Position numbers and translations under genes: made by a program. A DNA stretch of 63,759 nucleotides, filler included, from Stramenopiles sp. TOSAG23-3 (lineage: Eukaryota), in assembly GCA_900128585.1 (NCBI GenBank). It is 14 parts of 14 records of this genome, joined end to end, with 100 filler letters (N's around TTAATTAATTAA, not from the genome) between each part and the next. Parts side by side here need not be neighbours in the genome. Positions count along the whole stretch, not along the records: positions 38,701 to 45,036 come from LT643338.1; positions 45,137 to 51,463 come from LT643339.1; positions 51,564 to 57,882 come from LT643340.1; 11 more parts are not named here. The stretch is one strand, 5' to 3'. The notes below the pieces were generated by a model, which made no database searches, had not been told where the DNA came from, and saw only the letters and a program-made list of their open reading frames with translations. Below are positions 43,063-54,500 of this stretch, piece by piece. How positions within the stretch are numbered: the first letter of the stretch is position 1; every line of letters begins with the position of its first letter.

Positions 43063-43823
43063 TAATGATTCCCGTAACTAGTAGAGGCATCTTTCTTATA
43101 CGTTCCGTTGAGGAAACTAGTAAACAATTCCTTCGCAGAGGAGTCAGTTAAACGCCACCCTTGTCCGGCTACTGTCTTTGTCGCCATACTCTTTTACACA
43201 AAATAGATTGTTTTGCAGGGGGCTCGTGGGAAGGAAAACTTGCCTTAGCGTGAAGCAAATGGAAACGTGTATGTTTTCGCCCTTAACTAATTGTTATCTT
43301 TCATCCTGCAATTGAACGTACATTAATAAGTGAAATGATTCGCTTGTTCTTTTTCCATTCATTCATTTCTTCTACAAAATTAATTTTATTATTATTATTA
43401 TATTATTTTTTATTATACTACACATCATAGTAGTACAGTAATAATAATAATTATATAAATAATTTTACTCCTCTCTTCTCTTCTTCTTCTAAAATATTAC
43501 TATCCTCGTACCAAGGGTACCGGTATTACTATTAGTCGTCTCCTTCGTCTTCTTCGTCTTCTTCGTCTTCTTCGTCGTTGCTGCTGCTGCCCCCCGTATA
43601 ATTCATATTAATACCTTGGTATTTACAGGATCTGGTGGTAGTATTCTTCCAGCATCATTTATTAATTAATTTTTAAAAAATTATTAAATATTATAGTAGA
43701 ACAAAACATACAAACCAATTCGAATCTTAATTATTATTATTATATTGATAGGATATTAAAAAAAACAAAAAATTGGCTGTTTTTTAAGTAAATGAAAATT
43801 TATATCTTCCTCATGTATATAAT

Positions 43824-44825
43824 CTAAAATCCGGTTCCATGAAATGGGTTTGATTTGTCGTCAATATCACCGGGGGTGTCCCCCAATGGTTCCTTAACAG
43901 GTACACGCTTCTCCTGTGGAATAGACCCGTAGGAAGAAGACGCCGATGGATGTGGCCCACTTACCAAAGCATCGTAATCTGGAGTAGCTTTGGAGTACGT
44001 GTCCTTCTCGGGAGCTTCCCGCTTGCTTGCAAGTCCTCCACATATACGCTTGGAACAAGAGAGTATCCGAGGTCCTGCACACTTAAAGAAGAAAACGCAG
44101 CCGTCTTTCACGTAAAAGGGGCATTCTTTGGCGTGCGGGGGGCAAGCTTTGCACCCGAAGGGTACGTTTTTCACTTTGACTTTAAAAATTATACCAGCTA
44201 CGATGTACACAAAAACGACGGACAGCACAATGATGTTTGTAGTCCAAATCCAAGCAGGAAAGATAACAGCGATATTTTTCGGACAAGCTTCCACTGTCCG
44301 CAGCGTTATTGTTGTTGCGCACGTCCCAGAGGATACAACGGTAAAATTTCTAGGCCGTGTCGTCTGCCCAGGGTCACACACAAAGTTAATCGCTACGCGT
44401 TGAAACCCAGCGGAGCCGCACTTCGGGCCCTTACCAGCGGTCATTCGTATACCACTCGACGGGTCTTGCTGGTTTATCATAGCCCAGGTTGCTCCTTTAG
44501 GGGACGAAGCAAGAATGGCGGATGAGATCCCTGGATCACATTTGGCAACCATTCCTTTAAAAGCACCACACAGGGTCGCAACTCGGCAGGGGGCCACGTA
44601 ATATGTGTAACCAGCATTCGGGCCTTTCGTCACTTTCGTTGCCAGCGGTGAACCAACCCCAAAAGAATTTAAATTATAAACCCACTGTCCCCCTTTTTGT
44701 CCTTTTATCTCCGAGCCACAAGTAATGGGAATTTTTGGATCATCGCCCTTTGCTTGATCGACAGTTTGCAAAATGTTCAATACGAAAAACAACACACAGC
44801 AGAGACGATACGCAGCGCCTTCCAT
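43824..44825 (-). CDS. MRH-domain type I membrane protein (M6P receptor/ATG27-like)
   Basis: Signal peptide, YYVAPC...C, GPKC...VAINFVCDP...C...LRTVEACP, TM FVYIVAGIIF, tail with YDAL and NPF sorting motifs. Confidence 0.8.
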   Translation of the reverse strand: MEGAAYRLCCVLFFVLNILQTVDQAKGDDPKIPITCGSEIKGQKGGQWVYNLNSFGVGSPLATKVTKGPNAGYTYYVAPCRVATLCGAFKGMVAKCDPGISSAILASSPKGATWAMINQQDPSSGIRMTAGKGPKCGSAGFQRVAINFVCDPGQTTRPRNFTVVSSGTCATTITLRTVEACPKNIAVIFPAWIWTTNIIVLSVVFVYIVAGIIFKVKVKNVPFGCKACPPHAKECPFYVKDGCVFFFKCAGPRILSCSKRICGGLASKREAPEKDTYSKATPDYDALVSGPHPSASSSYGSIPQEKRVPVKEPLGDTPGDIDDKSNPFHGTGF

Positions 44826-45499
44826 GGCCGTCCTGAACCAAGCCAAACCACGACAAATTGCCCGGGTAACCTGTTTCGCCCTTTGTTTGGCTTTCCCTTT
44901 GTACTTTTCTTCTACTTCGAAATTTCTGTCCTCTGGAAAGCGCGCAATGATCTTGTATAGTTTTTCATAAATATATTGATGTTATACACTGCTTGATAAA
45001 TCAATCAATTCTTTCAATATACTTATTTTACAAATANNNNNNNNNNNNNNNNNNNNNNNNNNNNNNNNNNNNNNNNNNNNTTAATTAATTAANNNNNNNN
45101 NNNNNNNNNNNNNNNNNNNNNNNNNNNNNNNNNNNNTAAAATAAATGTGCGAACAACTTCTCTCCTTCTTCTTTCTTCTTCTTTTTTTATTTTCAACTTT
45201 TTTTTATTATTTTTTTCCTTGGTTCCTCCTTGGATGGTATCATCGATATAAGATGGGCACCGCACCACCACCACCGATATTCATTCATGATGACGATTAT
45301 AATCAATGCATTATTAAAAAATTAGAAAAAGAGCGGAAGTTATAACACTCTTTCACCAGGAAGAGTAAACAGAGACTTGTTGAAAGGAATGTAAAATAGT
45401 TAGACCAAGAGAGAAGCAAAGAATGGTTATAAATTATTGGTGCTGTCATAGGTTTTGATTAAATTTTTGTATTTCTCCTCGCGAATATTACATAGTACC

Positions 45500-47209
45500 A
45501 TGTCGGACTTTGAACGAAGGAAGTTAAACTGTTTGGGAAAGCTTGACAAGTCTTCGGCTGGGCGCATTGACGCAAAGGCGGTGGAGATATGTGGTGCAAT
45601 CAACAACCTCCCCGATTTTTACACAACATCGTCCTGTGCTGGTAGGACCCATTTATGGCGCGGTGTCGGGTACAAAGGAACGCAGGGGAAACGTTTTGAG
45701 AGGTTTCGGGTGAATCACGACCTAATTGACGACGTCGACAGTTATTTCGACTTGAACGTGTCCGAGACCTCCGACGCCGCGTCGGTCCAAAGTCACGACA
45801 GCGAACCGAACGGATTGAGGGGTGGTATATCGCCTTGGGCGGAGCAATCGAATGACTTAGACATTGAAGCCGACGGGACGCTCTGGCTGCGCTGCGAACC
45901 TTTCATCCTGCACGTGTGCTGTCGCACCCTCAAGGCGGCACACGCCCTGGTTTCCGTGTCGAGGGCAGCGTTTAAGAATGTCGGACTGCAGAGCTGGAAA
46001 GATGAAAAGTACATGGTCTCCGTATGGGGCGATGATGGGCTGGACATGCCATTGACGGCGCCAGGTACACAAGGCAAGGTGCCCTTGTTCCCTGAGACTT
46101 CTCAGAAAGAATGGATAAAGGCTGTAGTTAACGGAAAGCACCAGAGAAATTGGGGTAAAATCGATAAGCTGGTGGAGGTGGTTCGGAAGGAGTTGGCTGG
46201 GTTGGACTTTTCGGAGGACGTTGCGTCGACGGATCAGGGGCAGGGCGCCGGAGTCCCAAGGCATTTTGACGTAATTGGTGACGTGGCCCTCTTGCACGAG
46301 CTACCTCAGAACTGCGCTACCATCGAGGAGAAGAAGGAATTAGGGGAGGCTGTGCTAAAAACTAACCGTAGACTGAAAGTGTGCGCTGTTCGGTGCGGGA
46401 AAATGGAAGGCGACACGAAACGCGTGGACCTTGAAATCCTTGCAGGGCACGTACGTACGCCCCTGCTGACGACTCACTACGAGTACGGCGTCGGCTACAT
46501 TGTAAATGTCGGTGAATGCTTTTTTTCTCCAAGGATGGGCCTGGAACGGCTGCGCTTGTGCAATTCAATCAGTCGGGGGGAAGTAGTGTGCTGTTTATTC
46601 AGTGGTTGTGCTGCCGAAGCCCTTCAAATTGCTGTAAAGACGGAAGTAGCAAAGGTCGTGGCCGTTGAAATGAATTCAGCAGCCGTCGCATGTGCCCGCA
46701 AAGGCGTCGAGGCGCTGAGGGGCAGAAACAAGGCTAAAAATCCGGAAGCTGCGGCGAAGATCGAGCTTATAGAGGGCGACGTGGCGTCCGTACTGCCGTC
46801 TATGCAGCATGGTTCCTTTGACAGAATTGTAGCGCCCAGGCCGAAAGGGGCAGACCCAGGCGTGAACGGTGGAGGCGGGGACGGCGGCCTACTTTTTCTC
46901 AGGCTGCTCCTGCCCTTGCTTAAAGCGGGGGCGGAGTGCCACTGGTACGATTTCGCGGGGAAGCAGGAACTACCGCAGTGCGCTCGAACCACGCAGTTCT
47001 TAGTGGACAACTGCCTCGAGCATGGCTTGCAGTGCGATATTCTGTACGTAGGAAAAGCTGGAAAGAAGAGCATTGCCGCAGGGCAGTACAGAATTTGCGT
47101 TGATTTTCGCGTGCGTCCGATTAGTGTTGAAGCGAAGCAGACGCACGGCACTGATATTGTCAAAGAACGAATGATGAATCATACGGCAAAGCGACAATGG
47201 GCAGAGTGA
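45500..47209 (+). CDS. tRNA wybutosine synthesis fusion: TYW3 methyltransferase + TYW2/Trm5 (Met-10) domain
   Basis: DKSSAGRID...FYTTSSCAGR and EPFILHVCC (TYW3), then FDVIGDVA, EYGVGY, FFSPRMGLERLR, VVAVEMN, FDRIV (Met-10). Confidence 0.85.
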   Translation: MSDFERRKLNCLGKLDKSSAGRIDAKAVEICGAINNLPDFYTTSSCAGRTHLWRGVGYKGTQGKRFERFRVNHDLIDDVDSYFDLNVSETSDAASVQSHDSEPNGLRGGISPWAEQSNDLDIEADGTLWLRCEPFILHVCCRTLKAAHALVSVSRAAFKNVGLQSWKDEKYMVSVWGDDGLDMPLTAPGTQGKVPLFPETSQKEWIKAVVNGKHQRNWGKIDKLVEVVRKELAGLDFSEDVASTDQGQGAGVPRHFDVIGDVALLHELPQNCATIEEKKELGEAVLKTNRRLKVCAVRCGKMEGDTKRVDLEILAGHVRTPLLTTHYEYGVGYIVNVGECFFSPRMGLERLRLCNSISRGEVVCCLFSGCAAEALQIAVKTEVAKVVAVEMNSAAVACARKGVEALRGRNKAKNPEAAAKIELIEGDVASVLPSMQHGSFDRIVAPRPKGADPGVNGGGGDGGLLFLRLLLPLLKAGAECHWYDFAGKQELPQCARTTQFLVDNCLEHGLQCDILYVGKAGKKSIAAGQYRICVDFRVRPISVEAKQTHGTDIVKERMMNHTAKRQWAE

Positions 47210-48072
47210 CCATTGCCAAGTACAACGTGGGGGGTGGATTCTCGTGCGTACGATCAGTTTTAAATAGCTGTGCATTCTTAAGTCGTCTGATTATATATTA
47301 TTTTTTTTAAAACAAATTATATAGTAAATATTTATTTCTTTAAAAAATTCTTTAATTTTATTTAGGACGTGTATCAGTCTAGATATTATACTAGAAGACA
47401 CACGAAATATTTATTCATACCTTGGTATAATATTTATAAGTAAGAGACGTTCACTGCTGCTATATTATTATTATGGTCTTTTATTATTCGACTACTCGTA
47501 GTCCGCTTAGACGACTGGTTCTTTCTGACTCCTCTATTTTATTTATTTTATCACTTTTTGTTTTTTGGAGGGGAGGGTAAAATCCAATTTCTTCATCTCA
47601 ATTTTAATTTATGCTGTGTATATGTTATTTTCAGTCCACCACCGAACACGTAATAATGCATTTCTCTAAAAAAAATCATCTTCTTCTCAAAAAAAAATAG
47701 AAAAAGAAGAAGAAGCCCCGGTAAATATTAGATTTTTTTGGTGCTGTGTCCCTCTTGTTTTTGTTTTTTCTCTTTTTCTCAATTCTTTACCAAAGCACAA
47801 ATGTTCGATTATGTTCCTTTTGTTTTTTGTCGCGGCGGGGGGTGTGGGTGGTGGGTGAATACTATACTCTCTTCGTAACAACTCGATTTACTGTTATCGT
47901 ACCGACGAGTGAAACTCAGGCATCGTTACGTTGTCTAGAGATCGTCAATTTTCTTTTCTTGTCGGATGTGGTGTGAATTATATTTTGTGTGAAGAAGAGT
48001 ACTAAATTAGAAAACGTCTGAAACGCAAATAAAACAAAGGAAGAAAAAAAGAAACAAAACAGTTTTAACAGC

Positions 48073-51000
48073 ATGGTCTTTGGAGGAATCATAAACCATT
48101 TCGGACATGTAAAGGGCGTGTCGAAGAACTGCTTCTTGGTCACTGCGCCAGAAGAGGTGGTGAGCACTGCGAAGCTGGGGGACAGTATAGCTCTTGACGG
48201 GGTTTGCCTTACCATTACGTCGATTGAGGGGAATGTACTGTCATTTGACCTTAGCGATGAGACGCTTCGAGTGACAACGTTCGGCACGGCGCCTACGACC
48301 GTCCATCTCGAGCCAGCGTTGAAACTCGGCGACTCCATCGGGGGGCACATCATAAACGGGCACGTCCATGGGGTTGGTCTATTTACCTCGCTGGACAAGA
48401 CATCGGGCGAGATGGAAATATGCCTGCCTACTACAACGTTTAAGTCAAGGCCGCTTTACAAGGACTGCATCGCGGTCAACGGGATCTCTTTGACAGTAGC
48501 GAAGGTTATCCCCGAAACGGAGTCCGTTGTCATTGCCCTGATCCCGCACACCATCAAGAAGACACTTTTTGCGACCATGTCCGAGGGACAGAAAGTCAAC
48601 ATTGAATTGAACGTGAAAACTCTTCAGAGGGATCATCCAGATAATAATGGTAACGAAGGCTCCCAGGATGTGCGCTTCATGCGAAAGGCAATTGAGGAGG
48701 GAGAGAAAGGGCGATACACTGCTGCCCCGAACCCATGCGTTGGTGCCGTCCTTGTCGACCCGTGGGGCACTGCCATCGACAGCGGATTCCATCGCAGGCC
48801 GGGGGAAGCCCATGCAGAGCGCTGCATAAAATCGTCCATGGTAGGGTGCACGCTGTACGTTACCTTGGAACCGTGCGTGCATAGTGGTCGGACCCCGCCA
48901 TGCACGGACTATATCATTGAGCGCGGTCCCGAAAGAGTTGTTATTGGAACACTGGACCCAGACGAAAGGGTCCGTGGCCGAGGGGTCTCCGCGCTGCAGG
49001 ATGCGGGGATCCAAGTTACGGTGGGCGTAGCAAAGGAAGAGGTCGAGCACAGCCTTAGGGCGTACCTGTGGCATCGCGCTAATCAAAAGACCCCCTACGT
49101 TGTGTGCAAGCTTGGGCTGTCCCAGGACAATTGCTTCGCGTACACAACGGACACGAGGATTAAACGAGAATGGATCACAGGGGAGCACGCACGGAAACAC
49201 TCCCACGGTTTGCGAGCTCGATCTCAACGGATTGTTGTAGGCAAAAATACGCACGAATTGGATAATCCGAAGTTGACAGTGAGGTACGGCATTGACGTCG
49301 ACACGCAGCCTGAGACTTGCATGAGCACGAGAGCGCTCAACTGGTTGAAACCAAACGACGATTCTTGCGTGCAAGTTCTGGTAGAAGGCGGGCCTGAGCT
49401 GGAAGACGATCTTATGCGTCGCAATCTCGTGAACGAGTTTGTTCTTTACCGTTCTAGCAAGATTCTAGGTCTGAATGGGGTGCGCTGGAATCCCTCTTTC
49501 CCTTCGTCAAAATGGAAATTAGTCGAGACCAGGACGTTTGAAGACGGGGACACCATGCAGCGCTTTCTCTGCCACGCCCGCGGTTTCTCCTCATCCTCCC
49601 CGGGCGCAGACATCGAGGCGGAAGAGAAGCTGAAGTTCGATTCCATAGAAGATGCCGTGAATGCCCTCCGGCGCGGGGAGCCAATCGTGGTGATGGACGA
49701 TGAGACGCGTGAGAACGAGGGAGATTTGATGATTCTGGCGGACCGAATCACCATGCGGTCCATGAAAACGTTACTCGCACTAACGACGGGCATTGTCTGC
49801 GCAACGATCACCCAGGCCCGGGCCAACCAACTTGCACTCCCGCTTATGGTGGGGGAGAACGACAACCAGGAAAGTCACAAGACAAAGTTCACACTCTCGG
49901 TCGATGCGGCCGAGGGGGTTACGACGGGTGTCAGTGCCGCTGACCGAATGCGTACACTTACGGTGATTGCAAAGTCGAGCACCAAGCCGAGAGATCTTGT
50001 TCGGCCGGGGCACGTGTTCCCACTTGTCGCCGCTGCCGGTGGAGTCCTAGAGCGTCGGGGGCACACTGAAGCCGGGGTGGATCTTGCACGAATGTGCGGC
50101 TGCATGGAACACCCCGCCATGGTAATTTCAGAGCTGTACGATCACGGCACCGGCAAGATGATGAATGCGGGGCAATGTCGTCACCTTGGTTTCCCAATGA
50201 TCCACATCGAGGCCCTGGTCCAGCGGCTTTCCAGTTGGTCGCTGTCCGCTTCGGTCCCGCTCCAGCACCACAGCGGCGACTGGAGAGTGGCCATCGTCGC
50301 TGGGTGCCGCATCGTCTCCTGCGGAAATCCGGTAAGAACCGACAACAACCGTACTGCTTCCGATAAGCAACGGCTGCTGCTGAGAATCCATTCTGAGTGC
50401 TTCACGGGGGACGTGCTTGGGTCGTCTCTGTGCGATTGTGGGGAGCAATTGCACGGTGCAATGCACGAGATATCGTCCCGCTCAGAGGGCGGCATAATAG
50501 TCTTCCCTGCGGAGCAAGAGGGACGGGGAATTGGCCTAGAGGAGAAGATCAAAGCGTACGGGCTGCAGCGCGACCGAGGTGTGGATACTTTTCAAGCAAA
50601 CCAAATTCTTGGTCACGGCAAAGACCTGAGAGAGTACGGCAGTGTGGTGTTTGCCCTGGGGCGCATAGGCGTATTGCCTGCGACTCACCGCATTGAAATC
50701 CTGACAGCCAACCCTGGAAAAGTAAAGGCCCTCAGGGACGCAGGGTACGACGTGACGTCCACCGCCCTGAAATCATCACCTTCGCACCACAATGCAAAAT
50801 ACATGAGGGACAAGCATGTTGAGTTCTCCAGCCTGGCCGATGCCCCAGCAATCGCCTCGTCTGCAGTGAGCGTCTCCCTTGACAAGCTAGCAAAAACATC
50901 GTTGCAGCAACACAAAGTGCCGGAGACAAACCTGTCGAAGCAGTCAATGCTAATGAAGCAGGCCCCACGCGTGATCTCCCTCACTGCCGACGAGCGAACG

Positions 51001-51450
51001 ATACTGAAAGACACGAAGGTATGTGTTGTCCAAGCGGAGTGGCACAAACACATGAGTTCACCCCTGGTGGGAACAATTCAGAAAGAGCTGTTGGTGCACT
51101 ACGGAGTCCCACTCAGCAACATCCGGATCGTCCCTGCCCCAGGATCGTTCGAAGTTCCGAGAGTTATCTCCCACCTCGCGTCGAGGGATCCTCACCGCGG
51201 CACGACCATCTACATCGCAGTCGGTATTTTGGTCAAGGGCAACACGGACCACTACGACCTGGTTGCGAAAGAGACGACGTCTGCAATAATGCGCCTGGGA
51301 ATGGAGAAGGACTTGTGGATTGTAAATGCAGTCCTGGCCTGCCACAACATGACCCAGGTTCGTGAGCGTTGCTTGGAAGAGTTTGACCACTGCGTTGGCC
51401 CACACATGGCGCAGGCTGTCGCCCGATTATCATTATTATCTCGATCGTAA
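48073..51450 (+). CDS. Multifunctional riboflavin biosynthesis protein: riboflavin synthase + RibD deaminase/reductase + RibB + RibA + lumazine synthase
   Basis: One 1125-aa ORF: MVFGGII/GDSIALDGVCLT/GGHIINGHV/IAVNGISLTV; PNPCVG/HAE/LEPC..GRTPPC; WITG/DNPKLTVR/VEGG; DDETRENEGD/TTGVSAADR/RPGHVFPL/GHTEA; RIHSECFTGD..CDCGEQ/QEGRGIG; PGSFEVP/GILVKGNTDHYD/QVRER. Confidence 0.95.
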   Translation: MVFGGIINHFGHVKGVSKNCFLVTAPEEVVSTAKLGDSIALDGVCLTITSIEGNVLSFDLSDETLRVTTFGTAPTTVHLEPALKLGDSIGGHIINGHVHGVGLFTSLDKTSGEMEICLPTTTFKSRPLYKDCIAVNGISLTVAKVIPETESVVIALIPHTIKKTLFATMSEGQKVNIELNVKTLQRDHPDNNGNEGSQDVRFMRKAIEEGEKGRYTAAPNPCVGAVLVDPWGTAIDSGFHRRPGEAHAERCIKSSMVGCTLYVTLEPCVHSGRTPPCTDYIIERGPERVVIGTLDPDERVRGRGVSALQDAGIQVTVGVAKEEVEHSLRAYLWHRANQKTPYVVCKLGLSQDNCFAYTTDTRIKREWITGEHARKHSHGLRARSQRIVVGKNTHELDNPKLTVRYGIDVDTQPETCMSTRALNWLKPNDDSCVQVLVEGGPELEDDLMRRNLVNEFVLYRSSKILGLNGVRWNPSFPSSKWKLVETRTFEDGDTMQRFLCHARGFSSSSPGADIEAEEKLKFDSIEDAVNALRRGEPIVVMDDETRENEGDLMILADRITMRSMKTLLALTTGIVCATITQARANQLALPLMVGENDNQESHKTKFTLSVDAAEGVTTGVSAADRMRTLTVIAKSSTKPRDLVRPGHVFPLVAAAGGVLERRGHTEAGVDLARMCGCMEHPAMVISELYDHGTGKMMNAGQCRHLGFPMIHIEALVQRLSSWSLSASVPLQHHSGDWRVAIVAGCRIVSCGNPVRTDNNRTASDKQRLLLRIHSECFTGDVLGSSLCDCGEQLHGAMHEISSRSEGGIIVFPAEQEGRGIGLEEKIKAYGLQRDRGVDTFQANQILGHGKDLREYGSVVFALGRIGVLPATHRIEILTANPGKVKALRDAGYDVTSTALKSSPSHHNAKYMRDKHVEFSSLADAPAIASSAVSVSLDKLAKTSLQQHKVPETNLSKQSMLMKQAPRVISLTADERTILKDTKVCVVQAEWHKHMSSPLVGTIQKELLVHYGVPLSNIRIVPAPGSFEVPRVISHLASRDPHRGTTIYIAVGILVKGNTDHYDLVAKETTSAIMRLGMEKDLWIVNAVLACHNMTQVRERCLEEFDHCVGPHMAQAVARLSLLSRS

Positions 51451-51563
51451 AGACTGTACCTAGNNNNNNNNNNNNNNNNNNNNNNNNNNNNNNNNNNNNN
51501 NNNNNNNTTAATTAATTAANNNNNNNNNNNNNNNNNNNNNNNNNNNNNNNNNNNNNNNNNNNN

Positions 51564-54500
51564 CCTGGGGGGGGAAAACGGTGGCAAAACAATCCTCGTA
51601 CGAAATTGACGTTTCTGGGAGTACATTTGAAGCCAACCGCGCAGTGCAAGGCGAAGGCGGCGCCATTAAAATCGACAAAGGGTCGACCAACGGAGATTAC
51701 AATTGCGTGGAGCAAGGGTGCGATGCCCACCACGTTGCTGTCAGTCTGTTCAACACAAAATTTGGAACCAACAAGGCCGGAAAGTCAAACGAGGACGATG
51801 ATGTCGTCGGTAACGTGGAAGTAGACGACCAAGCGTCGGCGTGGAGGCACATTGATAACTTTAAGAACGATCAACAATGCAACGCTGATTGCTGCTCTGA
51901 GTCCGGGTCCGCGTGCGCATTAAAGGACGGCGGGCAAGCAAAATGCAATTCGTACGAAAACGATTGGGGCACGTCGTACGTGTGCAACGATGGGATTTTC
52001 ATGGAAGGAACGGAAACAACAAACTTGTGCACGATAACCGCAAAATCGAACACAAGGTGCCCTGCAGGGTACCACTACGGTCGCATGCCCGGGCGATGCA
52101 TACCTTGTGAAAGCGGGCGGTACCAGGACATAACGACAATGGATACCGACCCCGGGAGTGAAACGTGCAAAGTGTGCCCTGCTGGTCAGTACAGTACAGG
52201 GACGTCCCTGGACGGGGCACGAAAATCACTTGCATGCACAAAGTGTGAAGCAGGAAAGTACCAAGATGTGCCGGAGCAGCCCATTTGCAAGGAGTGCAGT
52301 GCGGTCATTTCAAACAGCTTCGGCTCAGTACTTGGCGGAACCTCGAGCCGCAGTTGCGAATGCATGGCCGGGTTCTATGATGTGAGGCCCAACCGATCGG
52401 ACGATTCCGTGCTAGAGCGCGACGGCGTAGATACGACCCGCTGCGTCGCTTGCCCCGAGGGCGCAAACTGCGTTGACCCTGGGCAGCACCTGCGCGGCCT
52501 GTTGTCCGGCCCTGGGTACTACCGAGCGTCGGAGGTTTCTATCATTTTACACCTTTGCAGCGATGTGAGTTCTCCAGGGGCAGATGTCTCGAAATCGACA
52601 GTGTGCATCGGCGGAAATTACACGCACCAGTGCGCGGCAGGGAGAAACATCAGCGTGCCCCTGTGCGACGAGTGCCAAAACAATTATATTGCCAACGCCG
52701 AAACAAATCTTTGCGAATCGTGCGAGGGACAAACCGGGGGGGTGGATTTAAACGCGGTAATGTATGCCTGCATTGTCCTCGGGATCATCTTTGGGTACAT
52801 TGGTAGTTTTGTATACCTAACGAAGGCCGCTATGATGTTCGACATGCTCGACGACGATGACAGCGGGTACATAGAGCTTGAAGAATTCAAAGATGCGGTC
52901 AGAACGTACAAAAAGGTGCCAGAGTCAAAATTGCCCGACGAGCGTCTGAAGATAATATTCAGTGCCTTCTGCGCCAAGGGGACGGAAGGAATACCAAAGA
53001 CCGTCTTTTCTGGGTTGTGGCTTCACACGCTGAGGGAGGCGAAGGACCCGAAAGAGAAGAAGTATATGGGAAAGCGCGCTATCCACACTCTCGTGAAAGC
53101 CAACAAGCACGAAAGTAACCCCGGCACGGTACAAAAACGCGAGATTCACATTCGCGCCCTGTCGGACGAGAACCAAATCGATGTGATAGGCTCCCTGATA
53201 AACGGAGGCGGGGGCGGAGGCGGAGGGGGTCGCCATGTCGCGTCTGCGGAGATGGAGGTGGATGAAGACGCCGACTATGCTCTTCCAGGGGCAGGGGGAG
53301 GCAACAACTCTTCGGAGAACGCCCCAGAGGCACCGTCGCAAACCCCAAGCATGGGTGCAACGGCAAGCATGGGTACAAGTGTCGGGCATAGCGCGAGCAT
53401 CGTGATGCCACACCTCCCGGCCTTTCCTAAAATGGGCTCGACGGTGAAAATCATATTTTCGTGGGGCCAGATACTTTCCTCGTTCAACCTGACCTTTACT
53501 ATTCCTTGGCCCGAGGGTTTTAACACGATGATGACCGCCCTGTACGCCCCGTTTAACATCGATATATTCTTCCTCTTCGGAAATTTCAAGTGTCAGGTAA
53601 ACACCAACTACTCCGCCCAATTCGAAGCGCACATGATGGTCCCGATAATAATCTTGTCCGTGATCGCAGCAGCGTACATTACCGCTCGCGTAGTAAAAGT
53701 TGTTCTGTGCTGCGGAACGTTCATGTACGACAACAAAACGCTAAAAGCTCGGGTGATGAAATTGATTAATTTGGTTGTGTTCGTGATGTACCCCGGCTTG
53801 GGGCTGAGAATATTTCGAGTCTTTGCCACTGAAAAATATGGAGACCATGAATTTTTAAGAGCAGACTTAACGGTTCGAACGGATACAAAGGAGTACCAGG
53901 ACATGTACGCCGCGGCTTGGGTCTGGATGGTGGTGTACGTGCTATTCATTCCTATGGCGTATTTTGTCATTCTGCACTTGAACAAAGATAACATCCTTAT
54001 GGATCCTGACAACGAGGAGCAAACTATACCAGTGGAGTTTCACACCCAAGTAATTGCAACGAGAACGTCCTACGGTGCAATTTACAAAGATTTTAAAAGA
54101 AAATTTTATTATTTTGAACTTGTAGAAATGTCGAGAAAAATTGTTTTGGTGGGCGTGTTGGTACTGCTCGGGGAGAGTGCAGGAACGCAAATATTTGTCG
54201 GCGTTCTGATTTGTTTCTTTTACGTCGTTGCGTGTTGTCTTGCGAAGCCATTGGTGAGTGAAACGGACCAGTTCCTGCAGTACGTTACGTCTATCCAGTT
54301 GTTCGTTACACTCATTATTGGCCTGCTCCTGAGGAATCGGGCGTTCGAACGTGAAAAGGGTATGGGGGGCAAACACGATGACGCGGTTATTGACTTCTTG
54401 CTTGTTTTTATGACCGTCGTTGTGTTCGGGACAATATTTATCGTTGTTTTTGTAATCCTTCGGGATGCCCTGTGCCCAAACAAAAAGTGTTGCAAGAATG

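Noticed and set aside
47300-48072. FMN riboswitch upstream of the rib fusion
   Set aside because: No RFN consensus (AGGGCGGGGTGAAATTCCC...) visible; ordinary AT-rich spacer.
48445-49374. Long antisense ORFs (309 aa here; also 9239-10102, 21816-22547, 52925-53632)
   Set aside because: Shadows of GC-rich coding strands with no motifs of their own.
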